This document shows positions 28,096 through 38,661 of a DNA stretch of 64,000 nucleotides, piece by piece (the first letter of the stretch is position 1; every line of letters starts with the position of its first letter). The notes beneath the pieces were generated by a model. The model did not search any database. It was not told the DNA's origin and saw only the letters and a list, made by a program, of their open reading frames with translations. Source of the DNA: an uncultured Gemmatimonadaceae bacterium (GTDB lineage Bacteria; Gemmatimonadota; Gemmatimonadetes; Gemmatimonadales; GWC2-71-9); the NCBI GenBank assembly GCA_964642475.1, contig CAZXRC010000005.1, forward strand, positions 68,859-132,858. The letters run 5' to 3'. The position numbers and the translations under genes are program-made.

Positions 28096-30262
28096 GGGAA
28101 AGCTCCCAGGTGGCGAGACTGTGAATGGGGGTCTGGGCCGGCAGCTCGCCCAGCGACAGCACCGGGACGTGCGGCAGGACCGGCTCCACCAGGCGGCGGA
28201 CCCCGATCCGCAGCGCCGGCGGGGTGATCAGCGGGCGGAACTGGCCGTCCCGCTTGTAGCGATTCATGAGATCGTTGAGTCCGCGGAGCGCGGAGGTGAG
28301 GTCCTCCGGCTCGATGGCGCGGCCCCCCTCGCGCGCCGGCCGGGGGCTAAAGAGCCCCATGAGCGCGGTCTCGAGCTGGGGGCCCATGGTGATGCCGCTG
28401 ATGCTCCCGTCGCCGTCGTCGAACAGCTGCACCAGCACGGTGCTGAGGGTGCGACGCACCTGCTCGGTGAGCGCCTCCGGGTCCTTGGTGATCTCGGCGC
28501 CGTCGGAGAGCGTTTCCAGGATGAGCGCCAGGTCCCGGATCGGGATCCCCTCGCGCAGCAGCCGCTGCAGCACCCGGTGCACGCTCCCCAGGGAGAGCTT
28601 GGACGGAATGGTGTCGTCCACCAGCGCCGGGTGAGTCTCCTTCAGCGCGTCGAGCAGTTCGCGCACATTCTGGCGCGAGAGCAGCTCGGCCGCGTGGCGC
28701 TTGATGGTCTCCATCAGGTGGGTGGAGAGCACCGTCTGGGGCTCCACCACGCTGTAACCGTTGGACTCGGCCTCGATCCGCCGGTCGGGGGTGATCCACA
28801 CCGCGGCCAGCCCGAAGCTCGGGTCGGTGGTACGGATGCCGTCGATCGGAGAGGCGACGCCGGTGGTGTCGAGCGCCAGCAGGTAGCGGGGCAGCACCTC
28901 GCCCGAGGCCACCCGCACGCCCCGGAGCTTGATGGCGTATTCGGTAGCGGGGAGCTGGATGTTGTCCCGGATCCGGGCCGGCGGCACGATGATGCCCAGC
29001 TCGACCGCCAGCTGCTTGCGCATCAGACCGATCCGCTGGAGCAGATCGCCCTTCTGGGCCTCGTCCACCAGCGGCACCAGGGCGTAGCCCACCTCCACTT
29101 CCAGCGGCTCCACCTGGAGCAGGTCCTTGATCGGCGCCGGCTCGGCCGGACCGGTGGGCTTGGCCTGCACCAGTGCCTGGGGCTCGCCCGTCCGCTTGGC
29201 CCGCTCCCGTCCGCGCACCATCCAGGCCGCCGAGGCCAGCATGCCGCCGAGGAGCCAGAAGGGGAGAATCGGGAAGCCGGGCACCACCCCGAGGAGCCCC
29301 ACGATGGCGCCGGCCATCCAGAGCGCGTTCTGATGGCGGGTGAGCTGGGCGGCGATAGCGGGACCGACGCTCGGGCTCTTGGCGCCGTAGGTCACGATGA
29401 TGCCGGCCGCGGTGCTGACGATCAGCGCCGGGATCTGGGTGACGAGCCCGTCGCCCACGGTGAGGCTGGTGAAGGTGCCGAGGGCCTCGGTGGCGGACAT
29501 GCCCTGCTGGGTGATCCCGATGATGAAGCCGCCGACGAGATTGATGCCGGTGATGAGCAGGCCGGCGATGGCGTCGCCCCGGACGAACTTGGCGGCGCCG
29601 TCCATGGCGCCATAGAAATCGGCGTAGCGCTGGATCTCTTCCCGGCGGCGGCGCGCTTCGGTCTCGTCGATCAGGCCGGCGCCGAGATCGGCGTCGATGC
29701 TCATCTGGCGTCCGGGCATGGCGTCCAGGGTGAACCGGGCCGCCACTTCGGCGATTCGGCCGGCGCCCTTCGTGATCACCATGAAGTTGATCACGATCAG
29801 GATCAGGAAGATGACCAGGCCGACGACGTAGTTGCCGCCGATCACCGCGTTGCCGAAGGCGGCGATGACCTGGCCGGCGTGCCCCTGGCTCAGGATGAGC
29901 CGGGTGCTGTTCACGTTGAGCCCCAGCCGCAGGAGCGTGACCAACAAGAGCAGGCTCGGGAAGATGCTGAACTCGAGGGGGTCGCTGATCGACAGCGTCA
30001 CCAGCAGCACCAGGATCGCCACCGCCAGGCTCATCGCGAGCAGCGCATCCAGCACCATCGGGGGCAGCGGCACAATCAGGAGAGCCACGATGACCACGAC
30101 GGCCAGGGCCAGCCAGATCTCGGCCGAACCGCTCAGCCGGCGGAGCATGGTCCCGCCGGCGGAGCCGCCGGCCCGGGGCGCGGTCCTCCCGCGGGGCGGG
30201 TGCGACACGCTTCCGGCACCGGCGGAGCCCACCCCACCGACCGCGGCACTGGGCGCCGTCAT
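28085..30262 (-). CDS. flhA: Export gate protein FlhA
   Basis: RIAEVAARFTLDAMPGRQM, FYGAMDGAAKFVRGDAIAG. Start may be 30148. Confidence 0.98.
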   Translation of the reverse strand: MTAPSAAVGGVGSAGAGSVSHPPRGRTAPRAGGSAGGTMLRRLSGSAEIWLALAVVVIVALLIVPLPPMVLDALLAMSLAVAILVLLVTLSISDPLEFSIFPSLLLLVTLLRLGLNVNSTRLILSQGHAGQVIAAFGNAVIGGNYVVGLVIFLILIVINFMVITKGAGRIAEVAARFTLDAMPGRQMSIDADLGAGLIDETEARRRREEIQRYADFYGAMDGAAKFVRGDAIAGLLITGINLVGGFIIGITQQGMSATEALGTFTSLTVGDGLVTQIPALIVSTAAGIIVTYGAKSPSVGPAIAAQLTRHQNALWMAGAIVGLLGVVPGFPILPFWLLGGMLASAAWMVRGRERAKRTGEPQALVQAKPTGPAEPAPIKDLLQVEPLEVEVGYALVPLVDEAQKGDLLQRIGLMRKQLAVELGIIVPPARIRDNIQLPATEYAIKLRGVRVASGEVLPRYLLALDTTGVASPIDGIRTTDPSFGLAAVWITPDRRIEAESNGYSVVEPQTVLSTHLMETIKRHAAELLSRQNVRELLDALKETHPALVDDTIPSKLSLGSVHRVLQRLLREGIPIRDLALILETLSDGAEITKDPEALTEQVRRTLSTVLVQLFDDGDGSISGITMGPQLETALMGLFSPRPAREGGRAIEPEDLTSALRGLNDLMNRYKRDGQFRPLITPPALRIGVRRLVEPVLPHVPVLSLGELPAQTPIHSLATWELSRAA

Positions 30263-31347
30263 CTATCCCGCCCCACCGGCAGGGGCCGGCCCCGGCGTCC
30301 GAAGACGAACGCGATGACCTCGGCGACCGCGACATAGAGCGCCGGCGGCACCGGACTGCCCACCTTGGCCCCGGCCAGGAGCGCCCGGGCCAGCGGCTTG
30401 TTCTCGATGACCGGCACACCGGCCCGGTGGGCGAGCTCCTTGATTTTCTGGGCCACCAGCCGCTCGCCCATGGCGAGCACGATCGGGGCCGGCGCCACCA
30501 GCGGGTCATACTTGAGCGCCACGGCGATGTGAGTCGGGTTGGTCACCACCACGTCGGCGGTGGCCACCTTGCCCATCATCCGCTTGCGCGCCATCTGCCG
30601 CTGCAGCTGGCGGATCCTCCCCTTGAGCGCGGGATCGCCCTCCGACTCGCGGAATTCCCGGGTGACGTCCTGCTTGGACATCTTGAGGCTCTTCTCGTAC
30701 TGCCAGAGCTGGAAGCCGTAGTCGACGGCGGCCACCACCAGGAAGGCGAGTCCCACCAGCAGCGCCAGCCGGATCGCGAGCGACCGGGTTACGCCCAGGA
30801 TGGTGGCCACGTCGGCGCCGCTGGTGGAAAGAATCCGGGGCCAGGCGCCGGCAAAGACCAGCCACGCCACCCAGCCGATCAGCGCCAGCTTGAGCACCGC
30901 CTTGAGCACGCCGAAGACCGACTGAATGCTGAAGAGCCGCTTGAGGCCGCTCAGGGGATCGATGTGCGAGAGCTTGGGCATCAGCGGCTCGAGGGTGATG
31001 ACCCCCCGGGCCTGGACCGCGTTCACCAGCAGCGTCACCCCGCCGACCCCCGCCAGGAACGGCAGCAGGGCCAGGAGGGCGCTCTGGCCCAGCTCGCGGA
31101 GCATCCGGATCACGTCACCATCGGAGAGCGGCAGCGCCGTCAGGTGCCGGGTGCCGGTGCCGAGGAGCTGGACCGCCTGGGTCGCGAGCGCGGCGCCGCC
31201 CACCGCGGCGAGGGTCCCGGTGCCGGCCAGGAGCAGGGCCGCGCCCGAGAGTTCCTGGCTCCGCGGCACTCGGCCTTCCCGCCGGGCCTCGTCCCGCCGC
31301 TTCTGCGTCGGGGCTTCGGTACGTTCCTGGCCGTCGTCGTTCGCCAT
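30259..31347 (-). CDS. flhB: Export switch protein FlhB
   Basis: TEAPTQKR, VTNPTHIAVAL autocleavage motif. Confidence 0.98.
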   Translation of the reverse strand: MANDDGQERTEAPTQKRRDEARREGRVPRSQELSGAALLLAGTGTLAAVGGAALATQAVQLLGTGTRHLTALPLSDGDVIRMLRELGQSALLALLPFLAGVGGVTLLVNAVQARGVITLEPLMPKLSHIDPLSGLKRLFSIQSVFGVLKAVLKLALIGWVAWLVFAGAWPRILSTSGADVATILGVTRSLAIRLALLVGLAFLVVAAVDYGFQLWQYEKSLKMSKQDVTREFRESEGDPALKGRIRQLQRQMARKRMMGKVATADVVVTNPTHIAVALKYDPLVAPAPIVLAMGERLVAQKIKELAHRAGVPVIENKPLARALLAGAKVGSPVPPALYVAVAEVIAFVFGRRGRPLPVGRDR

Positions 31348-31350
31348 GCG

Positions 31351-32148
31351 TTACGGCCCCGCGGGCTGGAACGAGGAGATGGTGCGGCCGAGCAGCGCGG
31401 GCAGCATATCGACCTGCCCGGCGAGGTAGGCCGCGAGAAACGGCAGCGAGGCTCCCAGGGCGATCATCCCGACCGCGATGGTGATCGGGAAGGAGAGCAT
31501 CATGACGTTGAGCTGGGGGACCGCCTTGCCCAGGATCGCGAGCGCGAGGTTGGCGAGCAGGAGCGCCACCATGACCGGCGCGGTGGCGCGGATGCCGGCG
31601 CTGAACACCGTCCCGGCCAGCTCGGCCACCATGCGACCCCCCGCGACACCCAGCACCGCCCGGCCCGGCGGCACGGCGGCGAAACTCGCGGCCAGCGCCT
31701 GGTAGAGGGTGAGGTGGCCGCCCAGCGACAGATAGATGAGCGAGGCGAAGTACCCATTGAGCTGTCCCACGCCCACGCTGGCGCCCTCGGGCATGGAGCC
31801 GATCGCCTGGCCCAGCGAGAGCCCCATCTGGAGCGAGGCCACTTCGCCGGCCACCAGCACCCCGTGCATCAGCAGGGCGCCGGTGAGGCCGATGGCGAGA
31901 CCCAGCAGGGTCTCGCCCGCGAGCATCACGGCGGCCGCGAGCACGTCGTCGGGGATCGGGGCCACCGGGAGCACCGCCGGGACCAGCGCGACGCTGAAGA
32001 GCACCGCCGCGGCGCTCCGGACGCTCCGGGGAAGACCGGTGGTGGACCACAGCGGCGCCGTGAGGAAGAGACCGGCGACCCGGGCGCTCACCAGGACGAA
32101 GGCGGGCCAGTCGCCCACCCCGATCAGCCGCAGCAGCTCGGGCGTCAT
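31351..32148 (-). CDS. fliR: Export protein FliR
   Basis: Start MTPELL. Multi-TM, AGEVASLQMGL, KAVPQLNV. Confidence 0.93.
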   Translation of the reverse strand: MTPELLRLIGVGDWPAFVLVSARVAGLFLTAPLWSTTGLPRSVRSAAAVLFSVALVPAVLPVAPIPDDVLAAAVMLAGETLLGLAIGLTGALLMHGVLVAGEVASLQMGLSLGQAIGSMPEGASVGVGQLNGYFASLIYLSLGGHLTLYQALAASFAAVPPGRAVLGVAGGRMVAELAGTVFSAGIRATAPVMVALLLANLALAILGKAVPQLNVMMLSFPITIAVGMIALGASLPFLAAYLAGQVDMLPALLGRTISSFQPAGP

Positions 32149-32414
32149 CCGACCATCCCGGGAAGCAGATCGAAGCTGGTGACCAGGTACTGCACCAGCT
32201 GGCGGACCATCCACGGCAGGGTGAGGAGCAGCACCACCGCCACCGCCACCAGCTTGGGAATGAACGTCAGGGTCTGCTCCTGGATCTGGGTCAGCGCCTG
32301 CACCAGGCTCACCAGCACCCCGACGATCAGGGCGGTCAGGAGAAGCGGAGCGGCCACCATCAGCGCCACCATGAGGGCGCGGGTCACCAGCTGGACCGCG
32401 AGACCGGGGGACAT
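32145..32414 (-). CDS. fliQ: Export protein FliQ
   Basis: QALTQIQEQTLTFIPK. Confidence 0.97.
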   Translation of the reverse strand: MSPGLAVQLVTRALMVALMVAAPLLLTALIVGVLVSLVQALTQIQEQTLTFIPKLVAVAVVLLLTLPWMVRQLVQYLVTSFDLLPGMVG

Positions 32415-32415
32415 G

Positions 32416-33567
32416 TCAGACCTGGAAGCCGGTGACGAGTCGCTGGACCACCAGGCTCCAGCCGTCGGCCAGCACGAACAGCATCAACTTGAAGGGGAGC
32501 GAGATCATGACCGGCGGGAGCATGAACATGCCCATACTCATGAGGACCGAGGCCACGATCAGGTCCACCACCACGAAGGGGAGGAAGATCACGAACCCCA
32601 TCTGGAAGGCGGTACGGAGCTCGCTGGTCACGAAGGCGGCGGTGATCGTCAGGGTGGGCAACGCTTCCACGCTGTCGGCCTGCTCCTGACCGGTCAGCTC
32701 GGCGAAGACGCCGAGGTCCTTCTCGCGGGTGTTGTCGAGCATGAACCGACGCAGCGGCGTCACCGCCTTCTCGTAGGCCTGGGCCTGGGAGATCTGACCG
32801 TTGAGGTACGGCTGGAGGGCGTCGGTGTTGGCCCGGTTGACCACCGGCTGCATCACCACCCCGGTGAGCAGGACCGCCAGCGCCACCAGCAGCTGGCCCG
32901 GGGGCGCGGTCTGGGTCCCGATCGCGGTGCGCACGAAGTGCAGCACGATCAGGATCCGGGTGAAGCTGGTCATCAGGAGGAAGATCGCCGGCAGCAGCGT
33001 CATCGCTCCCATGAAGACCACGATGCCCACGGCGCCGGAGAGCTGCAGCTGCTCGCTGCCCTGGCCGATGGTCACGGTGACCTTGGGGGCCACCGGCGGA
33101 GTGACCGCGGCCTGCAGCGCCAGCGCGGGCGCCAGCGGGAGGGCCAGTCCCGGCGTCGGTGCCGGACCGGCCCACACCCGCTCCGGCAGCACTGCCAGCA
33201 GCACCAGCAGGAATGGAATCGCCTTCAGGACGCCGGCCATCCGGACAGCGGCCCCGCCGGGAAGCGACGGAGAGCGGACCTCAACCGGGGCGGGCCCGGC
33301 CCCATCCAGCGCCCGGTCGCGGTCGGGGCCCTCGAGTTCGGTCAGCAGCTCCGAGCCATGGTCGCTGACCGAGACCACCAGAACCCGCTGGCCCACCCGG
33401 AGCAGCGCCACGCCCTGCTTGGGACCGGTGGACACCCGACGCAGCACTTCCAGCGGAAGGCCGTTCCCCCGGGCGCCCCGGGCCCCGGGCACCCAGCGGC
33501 GCACCAGTGCGAGCGCCAGGCCGAGCACCCCGAAGGTCAGCAGCAGCGACCCCAGTGCGCCGACCAT
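32416..33567 (-). CDS. fliP: FliO-FliP fusion protein
   Basis: N-terminal about 80 aa are FliO-like (TM + LEVLRRVSTGPKQGVALLRVG). C-terminal FliP (TSFTRILIV, GFVIFLPF, MLPPVMISLPFK). One uninterrupted ORF. Confidence 0.92.
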   Translation of the reverse strand: MVGALGSLLLTFGVLGLALALVRRWVPGARGARGNGLPLEVLRRVSTGPKQGVALLRVGQRVLVVSVSDHGSELLTELEGPDRDRALDGAGPAPVEVRSPSLPGGAAVRMAGVLKAIPFLLVLLAVLPERVWAGPAPTPGLALPLAPALALQAAVTPPVAPKVTVTIGQGSEQLQLSGAVGIVVFMGAMTLLPAIFLLMTSFTRILIVLHFVRTAIGTQTAPPGQLLVALAVLLTGVVMQPVVNRANTDALQPYLNGQISQAQAYEKAVTPLRRFMLDNTREKDLGVFAELTGQEQADSVEALPTLTITAAFVTSELRTAFQMGFVIFLPFVVVDLIVASVLMSMGMFMLPPVMISLPFKLMLFVLADGWSLVVQRLVTGFQV

Positions 33568-33965
33568 CAGGCCGACTCGCGGGAGGCGGTGGCCGGCTCG
33601 GAGCCGGCGACGATGCGGGTGATCCGGACCCCGAAGTGCTCGCCGATGACCACCACTTCGCCCTCGGCCAGCTTGCGGTCGGAGATGTAGATGTCGATCG
33701 GCTCGCCCACCATGCGGTCGAGCTGGATCACCGAGCCGCTCCCCAGCTCCAGCACCTCCTGCACCGTCATGTGAGTCCGGCCGAACTCGATCGCCACCGG
33801 GAGCGAGACGTCGAGCAGGGTGTCGAGCGATCCCCCCGTCATCCCCGTCGCGGCGCTCCGACCGCCGCCCGAAGGCAGCTCGGAGAGGTCGTGGGCCTTG
33901 GGAGCCGGCGCCGGCGGCGCGCCGCCGCCTTTGCCCATGAGACGGTCGATTTCATTCTGATCCAT
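33567..33965 (-). CDS. fliN: C-ring protein FliN
   Basis: LLDVSLPVAIEFGRT...GEVVVIGEHFGVRIT. Confidence 0.96.
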   Translation of the reverse strand: MDQNEIDRLMGKGGGAPPAPAPKAHDLSELPSGGGRSAATGMTGGSLDTLLDVSLPVAIEFGRTHMTVQEVLELGSGSVIQLDRMVGEPIDIYISDRKLAEGEVVVIGEHFGVRITRIVAGSEPATASRESA

Positions 33966-33968
33966 CGC

Positions 33969-34976
33969 TCAGACCAACCTTCCGCGGGAAGACCGGGGGG
34001 TGCCATCCGGCCGCTGGTGATGTACCTGCTGAGTGATGCGTAGGCCCACGTACTTGCGGCTCTGGCCCAGGGTCCCGACGAAGCGGCGCTGGCCCCGCAC
34101 GTGCAGCTCGACCGGGACGTCGTAGGGATGACCGGTGTGAATGACCTGCCCCACTTCGAGCTGGCCCACGTCCCGGGCCTTGAGCTGGAACTGGGGGAAG
34201 CGGACCTTGAGCTCGAGCTGGGAGATCCGGAGCGACTGCTCGATCATCCGCCGGGTCTGTTCCCGTTCCGCCGGCGACGACTTCACGTTGTGGAAGTGCC
34301 GGGTGGGTTTTTCCTGGAGGAAGGTCTCGAGCGACAGGAGCGGCACACACATCGTGATGAGTCCGGTAAACCCCCCGGCCTTCACCTCGATGTTGGCCAC
34401 CAGCACATTGTCTTCCCGATTGGCGATCTGGAGCGCGTCGGCCGAGGACTCGAAGCCCACGTAGGACGGGGCGAACACCAGGTGATCGGCCCAGGCCTCG
34501 GCGGCCAGACCCCAGATCTTGTCGGCCACCCCGCGCACCACCGTGCGCTCCAGCTGGGTCAGCGGTCGCTTGAGGTCCTGGAGCTCCCCCGGCCCGCCGA
34601 AGAGGCGATCGATCACGTAGTAGGAGAGATCGTTCCCCATGTCGATCACCCCCTGGCCGCCGACCTTGTCGCCCAGCTCGTGGACGTAGGCGGCGCAGGG
34701 ACTGGCGAGCGAGAAGATGAACTCGGCGAAGGTGGCCTGCTCCACGCTGCTCAGGACCACGTCCACCGAGCTCCGCAGCCGGGAGGAGAACAGCGCCTGG
34801 AGCGACACCGCCAGCCGCTGGTAGATCCCGTTGAGCAGCGCCTGGCGGTCCTTGGCGATGCGGGGCGGGCGGAGGAAGTTGTAGGGGACCACCTCGACCA
34901 TCTGATCCGCCACCGTCGACGGGGCCGCCCCCTTCAGCAGCGAGTCGATGTCCTTCTGCGAGAACGTGTCGGCCAT
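33969..34976 (-). CDS. fliM: C-ring protein FliM
   Basis: FSQKDIDSLL CheY-binding N-terminus, PYNFLRP, KRPLTQLE. Confidence 0.95.
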   Translation of the reverse strand: MADTFSQKDIDSLLKGAAPSTVADQMVEVVPYNFLRPPRIAKDRQALLNGIYQRLAVSLQALFSSRLRSSVDVVLSSVEQATFAEFIFSLASPCAAYVHELGDKVGGQGVIDMGNDLSYYVIDRLFGGPGELQDLKRPLTQLERTVVRGVADKIWGLAAEAWADHLVFAPSYVGFESSADALQIANREDNVLVANIEVKAGGFTGLITMCVPLLSLETFLQEKPTRHFHNVKSSPAEREQTRRMIEQSLRISQLELKVRFPQFQLKARDVGQLEVGQVIHTGHPYDVPVELHVRGQRRFVGTLGQSRKYVGLRITQQVHHQRPDGTPRSSRGRLV

Positions 34977-34988
34977 GGTCGGCTCAGC

Positions 34989-35519
34989 TCACTGAATCAC
35001 GAACTGGGGCAGGAAGACCTTCACCTCCGCCTTGGGGCCGATCATGTCGGCCACCACCGCGGTGATGCGGAGCTTGAGCGTGTCGCGAGCCCCCGGGGCG
35101 GTCAGCTGGGCCAGGGTCATCGATTCGAGCACCCCAGTCACCTTGTCGCGCAGCTCGACCTTGCCTTCCTCCAGCGTCTTCTGGTGTTGTTCGTCCGCCA
35201 CCGCGAACGCCACGCTGGTCATGAGGAAGCGGTTGCCCTGGGAGCCGGCGGGATTCACGATGATGTTCTCCAGCTCGACCATCTTGGCCGGCTCCCCTTC
35301 CCCCTCCTTGCCATGCCCGCCCTTGGCGCCTTCCCCCTCCGCGACGCTGTCCGCCACCGCCGGGGTCTGCCGGGCGATGATCCGGGGCGCCACCACAAAC
35401 GCGGCGAGGAGACCGCCCAGGACGGCGCCCCCCAGGGTCATGCCGATCAGCAGGCCCGTCTTCTTGCCCGACGCCGGGGTCGCTTCCGCCGCCGGCGCCG
35501 CCGCTGCCGCTTCCGCCAT
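34989..35519 (-). CDS. fliL: FliL
   Basis: KKTGLLIG + TM, IIVNPAGS...FL, LKLRI, VFLPQFVIQ. Confidence 0.92.
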   Translation of the reverse strand: MAEAAAAAPAAEATPASGKKTGLLIGMTLGGAVLGGLLAAFVVAPRIIARQTPAVADSVAEGEGAKGGHGKEGEGEPAKMVELENIIVNPAGSQGNRFLMTSVAFAVADEQHQKTLEEGKVELRDKVTGVLESMTLAQLTAPGARDTLKLRITAVVADMIGPKAEVKVFLPQFVIQ

Positions 35520-35575
35520 CGCGCTCTCCTCGTGGGAACCTTTGACCGGTCTCTGGTCCTTCGGCGAGGGGGAAA

Positions 35576-35591
35576 GGCAACCGGCGTACCA
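35576..35591 (-). promoter_or_regulatory. sigma54 promoter of the fliL operon
   Basis: Minus strand TGGTACG-CCGG-TTGCC, correct spacing. Confidence 0.78.
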
Positions 35592-35745
35592 CCGGTGACG
35601 CCGGACCTAAGTGGTTGGTACGGCGTGTCGTGGAGCGGTGGCCCGGGACCGGAGTGGAGTAGTCAGGAAGAATCTGCCGCGCCTCCAGGGTGAGACTTGC
35701 CGGGCCCGTCGGCCGGGCACCGGCATGCGCCGCCCCGGCGACAAC

Positions 35746-35781
35746 GCCAAACGACCTCCGCCGGTTACCCGACGGAGGTCG
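35746..35781 (-). terminator. Intrinsic terminator after flgE
   Basis: Minus strand cgacctccgtcgg-GTAA-ccggcggaggtcg followed by tttggcgtt. Confidence 0.65.
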
Positions 35782-35826
35782 CCCCATGCCCACGCACCCT
35801 CGGCCCCATGACGGCGGGCCCCGGGC

Positions 35827-37917
35827 CTAGCGCTTCAGATTCACCAGCTCCGTCAGCATTTCGTCCGCCGTCGTGATCACGCGGGCGTTGGCCTGGAAGC
35901 CGCGCTGCGCGATGATCATGTTGGTGAATTCCTCCGAGAGGTCGACGTTCGAGCTTTCCAGCGCCCCCGGCGTGATGGTCGACTGGTTGCTGGTCCCGCT
36001 GAACCCGATGATCGCGTTCCCCGAGTTGGCCGACTCGCCGTACATGTTGTTCCCCTGCCGGAGCAGGCCGCTCGGATTGTTGAACGAGGCCAGCGCGATC
36101 TGGGCCAGCGTCTGGTTGATGCCGTTGGTGAAGTACCCGGTGATGACGCCCCGGCTGTCGACGCTGAAATCCTGCAGGTTGCCCATCGGATAGCCGTCCT
36201 GGGCGCTGGCCACCGCGTTCGACGGGCTGGCGAACTGGGACAGACCGTTGATATCGCCCAGCACCCCGGAATCGAGCTTGATGTCGACCGGCGCGGTGGC
36301 GCCGCTCCCCGGGTCGAACTGCAGGCTGCTGGCCCCCCCGCTGTAGGCGAAGGTCTCCAGCCGGCCATCGGTATCGAACGTCACGAACCCGCTGCCCCCG
36401 CCGGTGATCGCCGCCGGCGCCGGGACCGAGGCCTGCCACAGCCAGCGGTTGGGCGAAGTCGGGTCCTTGGTGAACGTCATGCTGAGGCTGATCGGCGTGC
36501 CGATCGAGTCGTAGACCGTGATGGCCGCCTGGTGCACCACGTCGGTCGCCGCCTGCCGCTCCACGTAGTTGCCGGCCCGGCTGTCGAACACGGCGTTGAA
36601 GGCCGCGGCCCCGGCCGCGCCGCTGCGGATATTGATCCCGCTCAGCGCGTTCACCGTCCCACCGTCGCCGGTGATGGTCATCTCGCCGGTGGCGGGATCG
36701 ATCGCCGCCCCGGAGATGTTGGTGATGCCCAGGGTAGTATTGATGGCGGCCAGCAGCTGACCGTAGGTGGTGCCGGCGGCGACCGCGAGGCTGCCCGAAG
36801 GCACCGCCGTCCCGCCCTTGTTGCCGTCGATCGCGATGGTGTTGCCGGCCACCAGGCCGAGGCTGGCGCCGCTGCCGTCGCGGAGCGAGGTGATCAGGTC
36901 GGTGGCGACGGCCACGTGGCTGAACTGGTCGGTGGTCGAGGTCCCGCCCGCGGCCAGGTTGCCGTTGGCCGAGCCCAGCGCCTTGAGCAGCGCCGGGTTG
37001 GACGAGGTCACGGTGAGCCCGACCGCGCCGATGGCGGTGAAGGTGATCGCCCCGGTGGCGTTGTTCTGCGCCGCCGAGACGGTATTGAGTCCGCCGGCCC
37101 CGAAGGTGTTGTCGATTTCGGCGACCAGGTCCTTGAGGCTGTGGAAGTCGAACGTACCCACGCCGGTGTCCTGCCTGACGTAGGTGTAGGTCTGAGTATT
37201 GGTCCCGTCGCTCACGGTCACGGTGGTGCTGTCCGGGACCATGCCGAAGATCGAGCTGTTGGCCGCGCCGCTGGCGTACAGCCCGCTGACATCCGACCCG
37301 GCGCCGGAGTTGCTGGTGCTGGTCTCGACCCCGAACACCTTCCCCTGCGTCGCCAGGATGGTGCCCAGCGGCTGCTGGCGCGCGTCCAGGTTGCCGGTCA
37401 GGGTGGCCGACGTCGTGGCCTTCGCCGGCGACTTCTGGCCGAACGGGAGCTCGATATCGGTGATGGCCGAGCCGGTGGAGATGTTGCCGCTCGAGTCGGC
37501 GTTGATGCCCTGCACCTTGAAGCCGTTGGCCGGCGACACCAGCTTGCCGTTGGCGTCGAGCTGGAAGTTGCCGGCACGGGTGTAGTACGACCGGCTGCCG
37601 TCGCTGAGGACGAACAGGCCGTCACCCTGGATGGCCAGGTCGGTGTTGAGACCGGTGCTCTCGAGGTTCCCCTGGGAGAAGTTCTGGTCGATGCTCCCGA
37701 TCTTGCTGCCCAGGCCGATCTGGATCGGGTTGATGCCGCCCTGGTCGCCCGGCGGACGCGAGGCGCCCTGCAGCAGCTGGGCGAACGCCTCCGCGAAGGT
37801 CACCCGGCTGGCCTTGTAGGCCACCGTGTTCACGTTGGCGATGTTGTTGCCGATCACGTCCATCCGGGTCTGGTGATTCCTGAGCCCGGAGACGCCGGCG
37901 AATAGCGACCGCATCAT
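35827..37917 (-). CDS. flgE: Hook protein FlgE (large, 696 aa)
   Basis: [55 protein letters not shown]. Confidence 0.97.
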   Translation of the reverse strand: MMRSLFAGVSGLRNHQTRMDVIGNNIANVNTVAYKASRVTFAEAFAQLLQGASRPPGDQGGINPIQIGLGSKIGSIDQNFSQGNLESTGLNTDLAIQGDGLFVLSDGSRSYYTRAGNFQLDANGKLVSPANGFKVQGINADSSGNISTGSAITDIELPFGQKSPAKATTSATLTGNLDARQQPLGTILATQGKVFGVETSTSNSGAGSDVSGLYASGAANSSIFGMVPDSTTVTVSDGTNTQTYTYVRQDTGVGTFDFHSLKDLVAEIDNTFGAGGLNTVSAAQNNATGAITFTAIGAVGLTVTSSNPALLKALGSANGNLAAGGTSTTDQFSHVAVATDLITSLRDGSGASLGLVAGNTIAIDGNKGGTAVPSGSLAVAAGTTYGQLLAAINTTLGITNISGAAIDPATGEMTITGDGGTVNALSGINIRSGAAGAAAFNAVFDSRAGNYVERQAATDVVHQAAITVYDSIGTPISLSMTFTKDPTSPNRWLWQASVPAPAAITGGGSGFVTFDTDGRLETFAYSGGASSLQFDPGSGATAPVDIKLDSGVLGDINGLSQFASPSNAVASAQDGYPMGNLQDFSVDSRGVITGYFTNGINQTLAQIALASFNNPSGLLRQGNNMYGESANSGNAIIGFSGTSNQSTITPGALESSNVDLSEEFTNMIIAQRGFQANARVITTADEMLTELVNLKR

Positions 37918-38657
37918 GGCAGTACCGACTCCGTGATAGAGGGAAGGACGCGGGCGCCGGTGACGGCAGCCAGGATCGACGCGCCCGCGGGTGCCCGCTC
38001 GACTTCCACCACGTTGTCGAGCAGGAAACTGAGGTCACCGGCCTTGAGGATGACGTTGCCGTTCTGGAACGAGACGCCGTCCACGATACCGGTGGTATAG
38101 GTCTGGACCGGAATGTCGGAGCCACCGGCCCCGGTCACCGTGACCTTGTAGGTGTAGGTGCCGGGCTTGAGATCGCCGGCGCCGAGGGTGCGGCGGCCGG
38201 CCTCCTGCCACCCGAGATTCCGGGTGGCCACTTCCTTGCCGCTCGCGTCGTAGATCGTGAGCACGGTCTTGCCGCCCCCCGTTCCCACGTCGACCAGCAC
38301 CGTCGGGTCGGCCCCCTCGGCGACGCTCAGCTTGTTTCCGGCCGCCACCACCCGCCGGCCGATGAACGAGGCGCCCAGGTCGGCCTTCATGGCCAGGGTG
38401 TTGAGACTGCCGGCGTCCACCTGGCTCTGCAGGACCTTCTCGATGTTCTGCATCGATTCGAGGCTGCTGAACTGCGCCAGCTGGGCCGAAAACTCCTCCG
38501 GCTTCTGGGGACTCATGGGGTCCTGATAACGCAATTGCGTCACCAGCAGCTTCAGGAAGTCGTCCTTGCCGAGCGCACTCTTGCCTTTCCCCGTCGGGGT
38601 GTCGGTCGGTGGCGTCGGCTGCGCGGGACCGATCGGCCCCTGTACCACGGTACCCAT
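37914..38657 (-). CDS. flgD: Hook cap protein FlgD
   Basis: Start MGTVV at 38657 with [36 protein letters not shown]. Confidence 0.96.
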   Translation of the reverse strand: MGTVVQGPIGPAQPTPPTDTPTGKGKSALGKDDFLKLLVTQLRYQDPMSPQKPEEFSAQLAQFSSLESMQNIEKVLQSQVDAGSLNTLAMKADLGASFIGRRVVAAGNKLSVAEGADPTVLVDVGTGGGKTVLTIYDASGKEVATRNLGWQEAGRRTLGAGDLKPGTYTYKVTVTGAGGSDIPVQTYTTGIVDGVSFQNGNVILKAGDLSFLLDNVVEVERAPAGASILAAVTGARVLPSITESVLP

Positions 38658-38661
38658 GCTG

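Noticed and set aside
30427-33690. 1087-aa plus-strand ORF and similar long antisense ORFs (e.g. 27716..30337, 13075..15063, 5209..7299, 43458..45152)
   Set aside because: Shadows of well-supported genes on the opposite strand in very high-GC DNA, with no recognisable motifs.
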